From: an uncultured Gammaproteobacteria bacterium
Lineage (GTDB): Bacteria; Patescibacteriota; Patescibacteriia; UBA9934
Assembly (NCBI GenBank): GCA_964355955.1
Contig: CAYHFQ010000005.1
Location: forward strand, 1 to 58,142
Length of the DNA: 58,142 nucleotides
Direction of reading: 5' to 3'
Every line of letters begins with the position of its first letter. The stretch's first letter is position 1. Shown piece by piece: positions 23,345-32,247 of this stretch. Both the position numbers and the translations under genes were made by a program. A model generated the notes under the pieces. The model saw only the letters and a list, made by a program, of their open reading frames with translations, was not told the DNA's origin and ran no database searches.

Positions 23345-25429
23345 ATGGCTAGAGCTAAGATGAGTGAATCGGGACCGTTGCATCCAGAAGTGGAAAAGAC
23401 GCGAGCGATGGGTGGGGCATATAGAGAGAAGGTTGCAGCTAATAAGAAAGAGGTTGCGGTAATAAGGGAACAGAAAGCTGCTGAGAAGGCTAAACTTACC
23501 GATAAAGAAACAGCTGAAGAGGCTGAGCTAGTTAAGTTGGCAGACAATAGGGAGGACTCTGTGATTGCACAATTTGCCGCGGAGCAGTTGGCGGAGATTA
23601 GGGCTGAGAAACAAAAAAAGAGACATGAGAAGCTATTTGAGCAGCCTGTTGAAGAAAAGCTTGGTGTTGGCAAAGAGTTGAAGGAAAAGTTTATCAAAGA
23701 AAGCGAAACTGAGGCCAAGCGAAGGGCAATGGAGGCGGAGCAGGTAGTAGATTTTGTGGAGTTGTGTGAGAGCCGGGGTAGTTGGCCGACGGTTGAGTTG
23801 CGGGCTTTCGGGCCTTATATTGATCGGGCCTTTTTGAAGGGCAAGATGACGAAACTGGTTTTACAACAATTTGAGAAGAATCCTGAAGCATTGCCCGAGT
23901 CGATGCGCAAAAGCATTCGAGCTGAAATTGATTCATCTGTACAGAAAGAAATTGAGACTCGCACGGCTAAGCTTAGTTTGACTGATGCTGCGATGCGAGA
24001 AAAATTACTGGAGAAAATTCGGTTAGATGCTAGTAGTGAAGAAAAGCAACAAGCGCATTTTGCGGCTTTGAAAAAAGCGGCGGAAAGTGACAAATTTAAG
24101 ATTGATTTGAGTACGCCAGGAGCGGCGGCGGTGGCTATTAGAGCAGCAATGATGGGACAAGACCAGTTGTTTGAACAAGATGGTGTCACTATTCGTAAGT
24201 CTAATGAGCAAGAGAAGCTGTCAGCTAAGGATGTTGTTAATATCATGGCGACGTTTGAAACGAGGGTACAAGATGAGATTGATGATGTTAAGCGTGAAGA
24301 GATATGGAAGTTGGCAAGCAAGGAGGAGTGGCTAATGAGTGCGGAGGATAAAAAGCGCAAGCAGGAGTTGAATAGGATGTATAAGGGGAGTGATGGAGTG
24401 GAGGCGCAGAAAGAGTTTGAGGCAGGTACTAAAATTGCTAAAGCTATAAACGAGGTAGCCTTATTTTTACGTAATTTAGAAACGATGCCGGAGGTCATAA
24501 CGGATATTTTGCAGTCAGCAGAAAAACGAGTAAAGCAAAGTACAGACATGATGTTGAAGAGTTTTAGTCAAGATGTCGATTTCAAAACTGAGAAGTTGGA
24601 GGAATATATTGAGTTTGTAAAAAAAGAGAGTGTTGGGGTCAGGAGTTGGGCTAACGGTTCAGATGAAGAGGTAGTGGCGCGTGGTAAATTTGATGCTGGG
24701 GCGGTTAACAGGTTGAAAGATGTACAAGCTGATTTGGAAGTGATGAAGACTGACTTGCTAAAGAAAGTAGATATTTCAGGCGATGATATTCTGAAGCAGG
24801 CTGAGCAGGAAGCCGGTAGGTTAAGAGATCAATTGACTGGAACGCTCAGAGTAGAACAAGAAAAGGATAGAAGCTTTTTATCAGGACCAAATTACCCTAT
24901 ATATTTACAAATGCAGGACCGGTGGCGAAATGTTAGAGAACAAATTCGGGAAGCATTAGACATTGCGGATCGTACAGGGCGGGTGGATATTTCATCTATA
25001 AAATGGGAAAGCAAAGATCGATTAAAGAAAGAATTCGGCGAGCAAGAAAATGTATTAATAAGCAAGAGGGCTGAGCTATTAAAAGTAGTAGAGAAGGAGC
25101 TGACTAGAATAAGCCAAACTTTAAGTCCTACTTATTATGCTCAAAGCTGGCGTAATACCGCAGAGAGAATGATGAGCGCTGCTAGTTTTAAGACTGATGC
25201 TACGCTAAAAAAAGGTCAAGAGTCTGTTCGGCAATTACAGATATTGCAAGATTCTAAAGGCGCTTGGAATGAGTTTTGGACAGGTGAGAGAAAGGCTGGT
25301 ATTGCTAAGTTGAAAGTGGATATAGCCAGGGAAACTGAAGAGCTCGCTGAGGCTGAAAAAGCGAGTAAAAAGGCGGCTGATGATTATACAAAGGCTAGGC
25401 AGTTCATGATCGATATTAATATAAAATAG
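23345..25429 (+). CDS. hypothetical K/E-rich coiled-coil-like protein (about 694 aa)
   Basis: Long AT-rich ORF with no TM segment and no recognisable catalytic motif. ATG 23345 is preferred over TTG 23336. Confidence 0.7.
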   Translation: MARAKMSESGPLHPEVEKTRAMGGAYREKVAANKKEVAVIREQKAAEKAKLTDKETAEEAELVKLADNREDSVIAQFAAEQLAEIRAEKQKKRHEKLFEQPVEEKLGVGKELKEKFIKESETEAKRRAMEAEQVVDFVELCESRGSWPTVELRAFGPYIDRAFLKGKMTKLVLQQFEKNPEALPESMRKSIRAEIDSSVQKEIETRTAKLSLTDAAMREKLLEKIRLDASSEEKQQAHFAALKKAAESDKFKIDLSTPGAAAVAIRAAMMGQDQLFEQDGVTIRKSNEQEKLSAKDVVNIMATFETRVQDEIDDVKREEIWKLASKEEWLMSAEDKKRKQELNRMYKGSDGVEAQKEFEAGTKIAKAINEVALFLRNLETMPEVITDILQSAEKRVKQSTDMMLKSFSQDVDFKTEKLEEYIEFVKKESVGVRSWANGSDEEVVARGKFDAGAVNRLKDVQADLEVMKTDLLKKVDISGDDILKQAEQEAGRLRDQLTGTLRVEQEKDRSFLSGPNYPIYLQMQDRWRNVREQIREALDIADRTGRVDISSIKWESKDRLKKEFGEQENVLISKRAELLKVVEKELTRISQTLSPTYYAQSWRNTAERMMSAASFKTDATLKKGQESVRQLQILQDSKGAWNEFWTGERKAGIAKLKVDIARETEELAEAEKASKKAADDYTKARQFMIDINIK

Positions 25430-25435
25430 AATATA

Positions 25436-25467
25436 GCGTCACCCTCGTGGTGGCGCTTTACTTTTTG
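25436..25467 (+). terminator. intrinsic terminator
   Basis: GCGTCACC-CTCG-TGGTGGCGC hairpin followed by TTTACTTTTTG. Confidence 0.6.
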
Positions 25468-25493
25468 CCTGAAAAACGACACAATAGGGCAAT

Positions 25494-28385
25494 ATGTCTG
25501 ATATGCATAAAAGTCACAGCGAGCAGGAAAAAGACGTTTTAGATTACTGGGATAAGAATAAGATTTTTGCGCGAACGGTAGCGGAAAGACCGGTCGATAA
25601 GCAGTTTACTTTTTACGATGGGCCGCCGTTTGCGACGGGCTTGCCGCATTATGGCCACATTGTGGGTAGCGTCATGAAGGACGTGGTGCCTCGTTTTTGG
25701 ACCATGCGGGGTTTTCGGGTGGAGCGACGTTGGGGCTGGGATTGCCACGGTTTGCCGATCGAGAACATTGTTGAGAAGAAGTTCGATTTGAAGAGCAAGA
25801 AGGACATTTTTGAGTACGGCGTCGACAAGTTTAACGACTCGTGTGAGAGCATGGTGATGACTTATGCGGAAGAATGGAAGAAGGTGATTTATAGGTTGGG
25901 ACGCTGGGTCGACATGGAGAATGACTACAAGACGATGGACTTGAGTTACATGGAAAGTACGTGGTGGGTGTTTAAGAGTTTGTGGGATAAGGGTCTCATT
26001 TACGAGGGTCGCAAAGCCATGCACATTTGCCCACGCTGCGAAACGGCGCTGAGTAATTTTGAAGTGGCGCAGGGATATGTTGATGTGACGGATATTTCGG
26101 TAACTGTTTCTGTCGAGCTGACGAGCGGCAAGTATGCGGGGGCTTCGATTCTAGTATGGACGACGACGCCGTGGACGTTGCCAGGTAACGTGTTGTTGGC
26201 GGTGAAGGCGGACATGACGTATTGCCTCGTTGAATGCGAGGGGAAGAAGTTGATTGTTGGTAAACCGCTCGTCGATAAAGTATTTAAGGGGAAAGAGTAC
26301 ACGGTTATCGAAGAGGTGATGGGCAGTGAATTGGTTGATGCCAGCTACATGCCGATCTTCTCGTACTTCGCGAATCATGAAGGAGCTTTTAAGGTTGTAG
26401 CGGCTGAGTTCGTGACCGATACAGATGGTACGGGTACGGTGCATATTGCCCCGGGTTATGGCGACGATGACATGAAGTTAGGTGAAGCATTGGGTGTGAA
26501 GCCGATTATGCATGTGGGCATGAACGGTCAGTTTGTGCCGGAGGTGGCGCTGCCATTGCAGGCGCTTGGTTACAACGTTGATGGTGTGCCAGTGAAGAGT
26601 AAGGGCGATACGATGAGTGTTGATATCGAGATTATTAAGGCGTTGGCGCATGCTGGGAAATTGTTTGCCAAGGAGAAGTTGGTGCATAGCTATCCGCATT
26701 GTTGGCGCTGCGATACTCCACTCCTCAACTACGCCACGAGCTCCTGGTTTGTGAGAGTGACGGAGATTCGCGACAAGATGGTCGCTTTGAATAAGCAGAT
26801 CAATTGGGTGCCGGACAACATGAAGGAAGGCCGCTTTGGTAAGTGGTTGGAAGGAGCGCGCGATTGGGCGATTAGCCGAAGCCGTTTTTGGGGTACGCCA
26901 CTGCCGGTGTGGCGCGCTGAGGATGGCGAGGTGTTGGTGGTTGGATCTGTGGCTGAGCTCGAGGAGCTGACAGGCAAGAAAGTGGATAATTTGCATAAGC
27001 ATATTGTCGACTTGATGACGTTCGAGAAAGACGGCAAGACGTTTACGCGCATTCCTGAAGTGCTCGACTGTTGGTTCGAGTCGGGCAGCATGCCGTATGC
27101 GCAAGAGCATTATCCGTTTGAGAATAAGGAGAGCTTCGGCCAGAAGTTCCCGGCGCAGTTTATTGCGGAAGGTCAGGATCAAACCCGTGGTTGGTTCTAT
27201 AGTTTGCATGTGCTCTCCACGGCGTTGTTTGAGAAGCCGGCGTTTGAGAACGTGATTGTGAACGGCATCGTGCTGGCGGAAGACGGCAAGAAGATGGCTA
27301 AGCGTTTGCAGAATTATCCTGACCCGATGATGGTGATGGAAAAGTACGGGGCGGACGCGGTGCGTTATTATTTGATGTCGACACCGATAGTGAAGGCGGA
27401 GAATTTACGGTTTAGCGAGGCGGGCGTCGACGAAGTGAGTAAGAAGTTTATTAACATCATGCGGAACGTGTTGGCGTTCTATAACTTGTACGCTGAACAT
27501 GATGCTGGGCAGATGCCGAAGTGGAATCATGTGCTCGATATTTGGATTTCGGCACGTTTGCATGAAACATTGGCAGCTGAAACTAGTGCTATGGAGGCAT
27601 ATGAGTTGGCAGATGCCGCGAGGACGCTGCAAGTTTTCGTGACTGATTTGAGCACATGGTACATTCGCCGATCACGCGACAGGATGAAAGTTGATAACGA
27701 TGATAGGCGTGAAGCGTTGGCGACGATGCGCGTTGTGCTCGATACTTTTGCGAAGATGTTGGCACCGTTCATGCCGTTCTTGGCTGAGGTGCTTTATCAG
27801 GGTGTTGGTGGAAATTGGAGTGATAAGGAGCGACCGAGCGTGCACTTGGCTATGTGGCCAGAAGGGGTTGATATTGATACTGCGACTCGTGAGTATGGTG
27901 TCGCGGAGGAGATGGGACTCGTACGCTCGATTGTGTCGCGCGCGATGGAGGTGCGAGATAGCGCTGGGATGGCCATTAAGCAGGTGCTCGGCGGGATGGT
28001 GATTGCGGTGCCGGGCGGCGAGCTTGAGGCTGCGTACATCGAGATCATTACGGATGAGTTGAACGTGAAGCAGGCGTCGATTAAAGATGGTGAATTGAAT
28101 GTTGAACTTGATTTGGTACTGACGCCAGCCTTGATACGTGAAGGTATGGCCCGTGAAGTGACACGACGTGTTAACGGACTGCGTAAGGAGGCTGGGCTGA
28201 CGATTGCGGACAGGATCACGCTGCATGTGTGGTCGACGTCGCCAGAGGTGAAGATGATGTTCGACGAGTTTGAGGAGAACTTGGCGGCCGACACGCTGGC
28301 GAGTGCAGTGCGGTTTGAGCAGTCGGTGCTCGAACATGCGACGACGTTCCGAGTGGCCGAACATGATGTGACGGTGAGTTTTTAA
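25494..28385 (+). CDS. ileS: isoleucyl-tRNA synthetase
   Basis: PPFATGLPHYGH (HIGH), GWDCHGLP, KMAKRL (KMSKS), 963 aa. Confidence 0.9.
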   Translation: MSDMHKSHSEQEKDVLDYWDKNKIFARTVAERPVDKQFTFYDGPPFATGLPHYGHIVGSVMKDVVPRFWTMRGFRVERRWGWDCHGLPIENIVEKKFDLKSKKDIFEYGVDKFNDSCESMVMTYAEEWKKVIYRLGRWVDMENDYKTMDLSYMESTWWVFKSLWDKGLIYEGRKAMHICPRCETALSNFEVAQGYVDVTDISVTVSVELTSGKYAGASILVWTTTPWTLPGNVLLAVKADMTYCLVECEGKKLIVGKPLVDKVFKGKEYTVIEEVMGSELVDASYMPIFSYFANHEGAFKVVAAEFVTDTDGTGTVHIAPGYGDDDMKLGEALGVKPIMHVGMNGQFVPEVALPLQALGYNVDGVPVKSKGDTMSVDIEIIKALAHAGKLFAKEKLVHSYPHCWRCDTPLLNYATSSWFVRVTEIRDKMVALNKQINWVPDNMKEGRFGKWLEGARDWAISRSRFWGTPLPVWRAEDGEVLVVGSVAELEELTGKKVDNLHKHIVDLMTFEKDGKTFTRIPEVLDCWFESGSMPYAQEHYPFENKESFGQKFPAQFIAEGQDQTRGWFYSLHVLSTALFEKPAFENVIVNGIVLAEDGKKMAKRLQNYPDPMMVMEKYGADAVRYYLMSTPIVKAENLRFSEAGVDEVSKKFINIMRNVLAFYNLYAEHDAGQMPKWNHVLDIWISARLHETLAAETSAMEAYELADAARTLQVFVTDLSTWYIRRSRDRMKVDNDDRREALATMRVVLDTFAKMLAPFMPFLAEVLYQGVGGNWSDKERPSVHLAMWPEGVDIDTATREYGVAEEMGLVRSIVSRAMEVRDSAGMAIKQVLGGMVIAVPGGELEAAYIEIITDELNVKQASIKDGELNVELDLVLTPALIREGMAREVTRRVNGLRKEAGLTIADRITLHVWSTSPEVKMMFDEFEENLAADTLASAVRFEQSVLEHATTFRVAEHDVTVSF

Positions 28386-28387
28386 GT

Positions 28388-28432
28388 TGTGGATAAGTGG
28401 TCTACATTCGATGTATACATTGAATGTAGACC
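28388..28432. promoter_or_regulatory. perfect DnaA-box 9-mer plus 17-bp-arm palindrome (copy 2 of 2)
   Basis: TGTGGATAAGT GGTCTACATTCGATGTA TACATTGAATGTAGACC AAAA, immediately after the ileS stop. Confidence 0.5.
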
Positions 28433-28440
28433 AAAATTAT

Positions 28441-29268
28441 ATGAATTACGCCAATATCGTGTTGCTGACGCCGAAGAATGACGAGGAGTCGTTGATGATT
28501 GTGAAGATTGCTGAAGCGGTGGGGATCCCGACTTTGGTTTCGGCGCAACCGCATGGGGCGAAGTTGGAACGGGAGGATAATATCGTAGAACGCGTGTGGG
28601 CGACTAATCCGACGGTGACGAAGTTGGTGATTGTCGAGATTCCGGGCGTTGAGGCGGAGGAGAAATTGCGAGCGGCAGGACTCGAGGTGGAGATAATTGA
28701 TCATCACCGCTATACAGATTTGGACAGGATGCAACTGACGAGCTCGCTCGAGCAGTTTTTGGCGAAGTTTGCGATTGACGAGACGCAGTTGCGAGAACTC
28801 GGCTTTGACCCGGAGATGGTGCGTGGTGTCGGCATAATTGACCGCGGATTTTTGTGGGCCTTGCGGGAGGAAGTGACGGATAAAGAGTTAGCGAAGAGAA
28901 TGCGCGATTTTTACCGTGGCTTGAACTTGGAGCTCGGCAAAGAACATAAGGATATCGACGAGGTGGCGAATGCAGCTTGGGCTAAGCGTGAAGAGCGACC
29001 GGGCGTGTTGATTGTGAAAACTGAACGGGAAGATGTGCCTTTCCGTGATGCGATATCGTTCTTGGCGGCCGACCATTATGACGTGCCGCCGCAGATTGTG
29101 GTAGTAGAGGGTAAGCGTCGACTTTTTGTGCAGGAGTCGGATAAGGCGGTTGAGTTGTTCAAAGTTTATGGCGGGTTTACGTTTGGGTGTGATAGATGTT
29201 GGGGAGTGCAAGCAAAACCGGATATGCCGCTGCCGATGCTTGAAGAGGTGTTAGCGAGAATTGCGTAG
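28441..29268 (+). CDS. hypothetical protein (275 aa)
   Basis: The start is set at MNYANIV (28441), downstream of the palindrome. It contains IIDHHRY, but no full DHH-family motif set could be verified. Confidence 0.6.
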   Translation: MNYANIVLLTPKNDEESLMIVKIAEAVGIPTLVSAQPHGAKLEREDNIVERVWATNPTVTKLVIVEIPGVEAEEKLRAAGLEVEIIDHHRYTDLDRMQLTSSLEQFLAKFAIDETQLRELGFDPEMVRGVGIIDRGFLWALREEVTDKELAKRMRDFYRGLNLELGKEHKDIDEVANAAWAKREERPGVLIVKTEREDVPFRDAISFLAADHYDVPPQIVVVEGKRRLFVQESDKAVELFKVYGGFTFGCDRCWGVQAKPDMPLPMLEEVLARIA

Positions 29269-29280
29269 ACGAGGTTCGGG

Positions 29281-29432
29281 TCGCTCGCGACCGCCACGTC
29301 TCCTGTTCCTAGCTGCGCCTCGTCAACCGTGCCAGCTGGCTCACCTCGTCTGACTCGGGGGCTGGCACAGGGCCGAGGTTGGCGTCGTCACACGAGACGC
29401 GACAGTCGCTCGCTCTTAAAGGCCTCCGTCTG
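29281..29432 (-). repeat. family A structured intergenic element, copy 4
   Basis: Same conserved blocks as the other copies. Inner arms are GTGCCAGC / GCTGGCAC. The outer arms pair fully only if C-A positions are read as G-U on the minus strand. Confidence 0.7.
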
Positions 29433-29473
29433 GCTAAAAAGTTTACGAGTTAGTTTTCTGCTATACTGGTGTT

Positions 29474-30685
29474 ATGTTCGATAAGAATTGGCGCGGAAAT
29501 GGAGAGATGACGAAGGCTGAGGTTAAGCCTTTTTTGCGTTGGTTTGAGGGGGTGGATAAGAGAGAAGTGAGAGAGCAGGCGCAGGAGATGATGAAGAGAG
29601 CAGAAGAGGTGGTGCCGGAGCTGAAGAGCTGGCGGATTACAGCGCAGAGTGCGCCATGGCATTGTGAGGGGCTGCATTTGGCGGATCATGTGGAGAGAAT
29701 ATTGGTTGGCGTGTTGAATGATGGGGCGTTAGGTGAGGTTGAGGAATTTGTGCGTGAGAAGGATTTGGCACTCGAAATAGCGTCGTTGCAAACTACATTA
29801 CATAAGTACCGCGATTTGCTGTTGGCGTTTGCGGTGTTGCATGACGCGGCGAAGGGTGTGACGTTGGCGTTTGATACTAAAGAGGGTAGTAAGGGGGCGA
29901 GCGAGGGATTTATGGTGCGCATGAAAGAGGGCATGAAGCCAGCGACGGAGGCGGAGAGAGTGCGTTATGATAAATTGTACAGGGCGTACGTGGCTAGTCA
30001 TGAGGGACTGACTACTGTGCAGACCATGATTGGTTTTTACGAAACTTACGGGATTGCGGCGCATTATCCAGGCCATGAACATGAAGCAGCGACGCCAGCT
30101 TATACCGCGGATCGGGCAGCTATTTTGCAGGCGTATGATGTGCCAGCGGCTAATGTGAAGCTGTTGACGGAGCTGATTCGCTATCACATCGACGTGCTTG
30201 GTTCGTTCGTGGGGAAGGCGGATAAGCAGAAGTATGAGATTATGATGGCGCGAGCTGGAAAAGCAGGGCTGAACGCGGATGTGTTCCTCGACTTGATGTT
30301 AGCAGTGGCGTATTTGGACGCGGTGGCGGGTGGTGTGGCGTGTGTCGACGGTAAGCCAGTAGCGCAGACGCAGTTGGTGATAAATATTTTGCGAGCTGAG
30401 CGTGAGGCATGTCCTAAGCGCCATGAAGAACGGGTAAGATTGGCAGATGGTGAAAAGAAGAAGATGTATAAGGCGGCGCTTGATAAAGCCGGGATTAGCG
30501 GGGAAGAAGTTTTTAAGTTATTGCACACGCCGTTTGGGCCGGAGCGAGGAGTCCTCATGGAGCAGGTCTGGTTGGCGATTAAGGATAAGAGTCACAGATT
30601 AGATGTGGGTGAACATTCGGCGGAGTTGGCGAAGAGAATAGAATTAGCGCGAGAGATTTTAGCGAGTTATAACGCCACGGTATGA
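29474..30685 (+). CDS. hypothetical protein, possible HD-type metal-dependent phosphohydrolase fold
   Basis: LADHVERIL ... FAVLHDAAKG ... HYPGHEHEAA, an H..HD-like spacing. This is a weak assignment. Confidence 0.55.
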   Translation: MFDKNWRGNGEMTKAEVKPFLRWFEGVDKREVREQAQEMMKRAEEVVPELKSWRITAQSAPWHCEGLHLADHVERILVGVLNDGALGEVEEFVREKDLALEIASLQTTLHKYRDLLLAFAVLHDAAKGVTLAFDTKEGSKGASEGFMVRMKEGMKPATEAERVRYDKLYRAYVASHEGLTTVQTMIGFYETYGIAAHYPGHEHEAATPAYTADRAAILQAYDVPAANVKLLTELIRYHIDVLGSFVGKADKQKYEIMMARAGKAGLNADVFLDLMLAVAYLDAVAGGVACVDGKPVAQTQLVINILRAEREACPKRHEERVRLADGEKKKMYKAALDKAGISGEEVFKLLHTPFGPERGVLMEQVWLAIKDKSHRLDVGEHSAELAKRIELAREILASYNATV

Positions 30686-31233
30686 TTGCATTTTTAGAGG
30701 GAACCATTGCTATTGTTGAGCCGGAAGGCGTTGTTGTTAACGTGCACGGCGTTGGTTACCGCGTGGCGTCGGGGCGGAGTTTGGGTGAGGCAGACGAGAC
30801 GGTTCGTTTATATATTGCCGAAGTGATACGTGAAGATAAATATGATCTTTATGGTTTTAGAACGCGGGAAGAGTTGGCGTTTTTTTATCGTTTAATTAGC
30901 ATTGACGGCGTCGGCCCGAAGATGGCGCAGAAGATTTTGGCCTCCGGCAGTGAGGCGGCTTTGCGAAGTAATATACAAGCAGGTGATATTGGTTTTTTGA
31001 CAAGTATTTCTGGTGTCGGCAAGAAGACGGCGCAGAAGATTATTTTGGAGTTGAAGGGCGTATTGGTGGACAGCGAGGAAGATATGTCGACGGGGGAGAA
31101 TGATTTGCTCGAGGCGTTGATGAGCCTTGGCTATCAACGGCCGGTCGTGGTTGCAATATTGCCGAAGATTACGGGCGAAAAAATGGAAGAAAGAATGAAA
31201 CAAGCTTTGCAGCTACTTGGGAGGACTCGTTAA
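30682..31233 (+). CDS. ruvA: Holliday junction branch migration complex subunit RuvA
   Basis: MIAFLEGTI...VNVHGVGYRV N-terminal OB fold, and HhH repeats IDGVGPKMAQKIL / ISGVGKKTAQKII. Confidence 0.9.
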   Translation: MIAFLEGTIAIVEPEGVVVNVHGVGYRVASGRSLGEADETVRLYIAEVIREDKYDLYGFRTREELAFFYRLISIDGVGPKMAQKILASGSEAALRSNIQAGDIGFLTSISGVGKKTAQKIILELKGVLVDSEEDMSTGENDLLEALMSLGYQRPVVVAILPKITGEKMEERMKQALQLLGRTR

Positions 31234-31240
31234 TTTTATT

Positions 31241-32203
31241 ATGGACAGATTAAGCTGGAACAAGCGAGTCAAGGAATTTGCGCCTAAGTCTGGAGCTTTT
31301 TTGCAGTCTTACGAATGGGGGGAATTCCAGAAGGCGGTCGGCCGTAAAGTTGAGCGTATCCTTATCGACGATGCGCGGGGCGTCATGTTGGCGCAAGCGG
31401 TGTTGCTTGATTTGCCGTTTGGGCAGAATTATTGGCAGGTGAGTAAGGGGCCGCTCGGGAATATGCCAATGGCTGAGATGACGCGGGAACTGGCCGAGCG
31501 CTTGCCGGGCGGGAGTTTTGTGCGAGTTGAGCCAGAAGTGGCGCCGAAGAAGGCTTGGAAGACTAAGGATGTGCAACCAAGCGTGACGTCCATCCTCGAC
31601 CTGACGGTGGGCAAAGAAGCGATTGCGGCTGGCATGAAGCCTAAGACGCGTTATAATATTCGACTAGCTGAAAAGAAGGGTGTGACTGTGCGGGCGTCGG
31701 CCGAGCCAATTATTGAAGATTTGGAGCGACTGTTGGAGCAGACGGCGGTGCGTGATAGGTTTTCGCTGCATCCGCTTAGTTATTACGCCAAGATGTTGGA
31801 GGTGATGACAGGCGGTGAAGCGGTGGCGAGTTTGGCGTTTGCCGACTATGACGGCCGACCACTGGCGGCGAATGTGACGATTGACTTCAACGGTCAACGA
31901 ACGTACCTGCATGGGGCGTCGAGTAACTTGCACCGCAACGTCATGGCGCCGTACGCACTGCACCAGTATCTTATTGATGAGGCGATCGACAACGGCATGA
32001 CGAGCTATGACTTTTGGGGCGTAGCGCCAGTTGGGGCGAGCAAGAAGCACTCCTGGGCGGGGATTACGCAGTTTAAACTCGGTTTTGGTGGCGAGATTGT
32101 GACGGCACCCGGAACATTCGACGTACCGACGAATATGATTGTGTACGGGTTGTACAGAGCCAGTAAGATGGTGCAGAAGATGGTGAGGATTGCGCGGCGC
32201 TAG
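31241..32203 (+). CDS. FemAB-family peptidoglycan interpeptide-bridge aminoacyltransferase
   Basis: FLQSYEWGEFQ N-terminal motif, PKTRYNIRLAEKKG, YLHGASS. Confidence 0.75.
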   Translation: MDRLSWNKRVKEFAPKSGAFLQSYEWGEFQKAVGRKVERILIDDARGVMLAQAVLLDLPFGQNYWQVSKGPLGNMPMAEMTRELAERLPGGSFVRVEPEVAPKKAWKTKDVQPSVTSILDLTVGKEAIAAGMKPKTRYNIRLAEKKGVTVRASAEPIIEDLERLLEQTAVRDRFSLHPLSYYAKMLEVMTGGEAVASLAFADYDGRPLAANVTIDFNGQRTYLHGASSNLHRNVMAPYALHQYLIDEAIDNGMTSYDFWGVAPVGASKKHSWAGITQFKLGFGGEIVTAPGTFDVPTNMIVYGLYRASKMVQKMVRIARR

Positions 32204-32247
32204 TGGGTGTGTTTTTGTGTATGTAGATTTGGTATAATGGGGGTATT

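Noticed and set aside
25539-28364. Numerous 60-240-aa antisense or off-frame ORFs inside ileS, and similar ones inside gatB, thyX, gyrB, prfA and the pil genes
   Set aside because: They are fully nested in strongly supported genes, have low-complexity translations, and have no independent start or terminator signals.
16763-29432. Family A elements as integron attC sites
   Set aside because: They share the same-orientation, imperfect-palindrome architecture. However, the ends do not match RYYYAAC / GTTRRRY, no integrase is present, and the flanking genes are housekeeping genes in mixed orientation.
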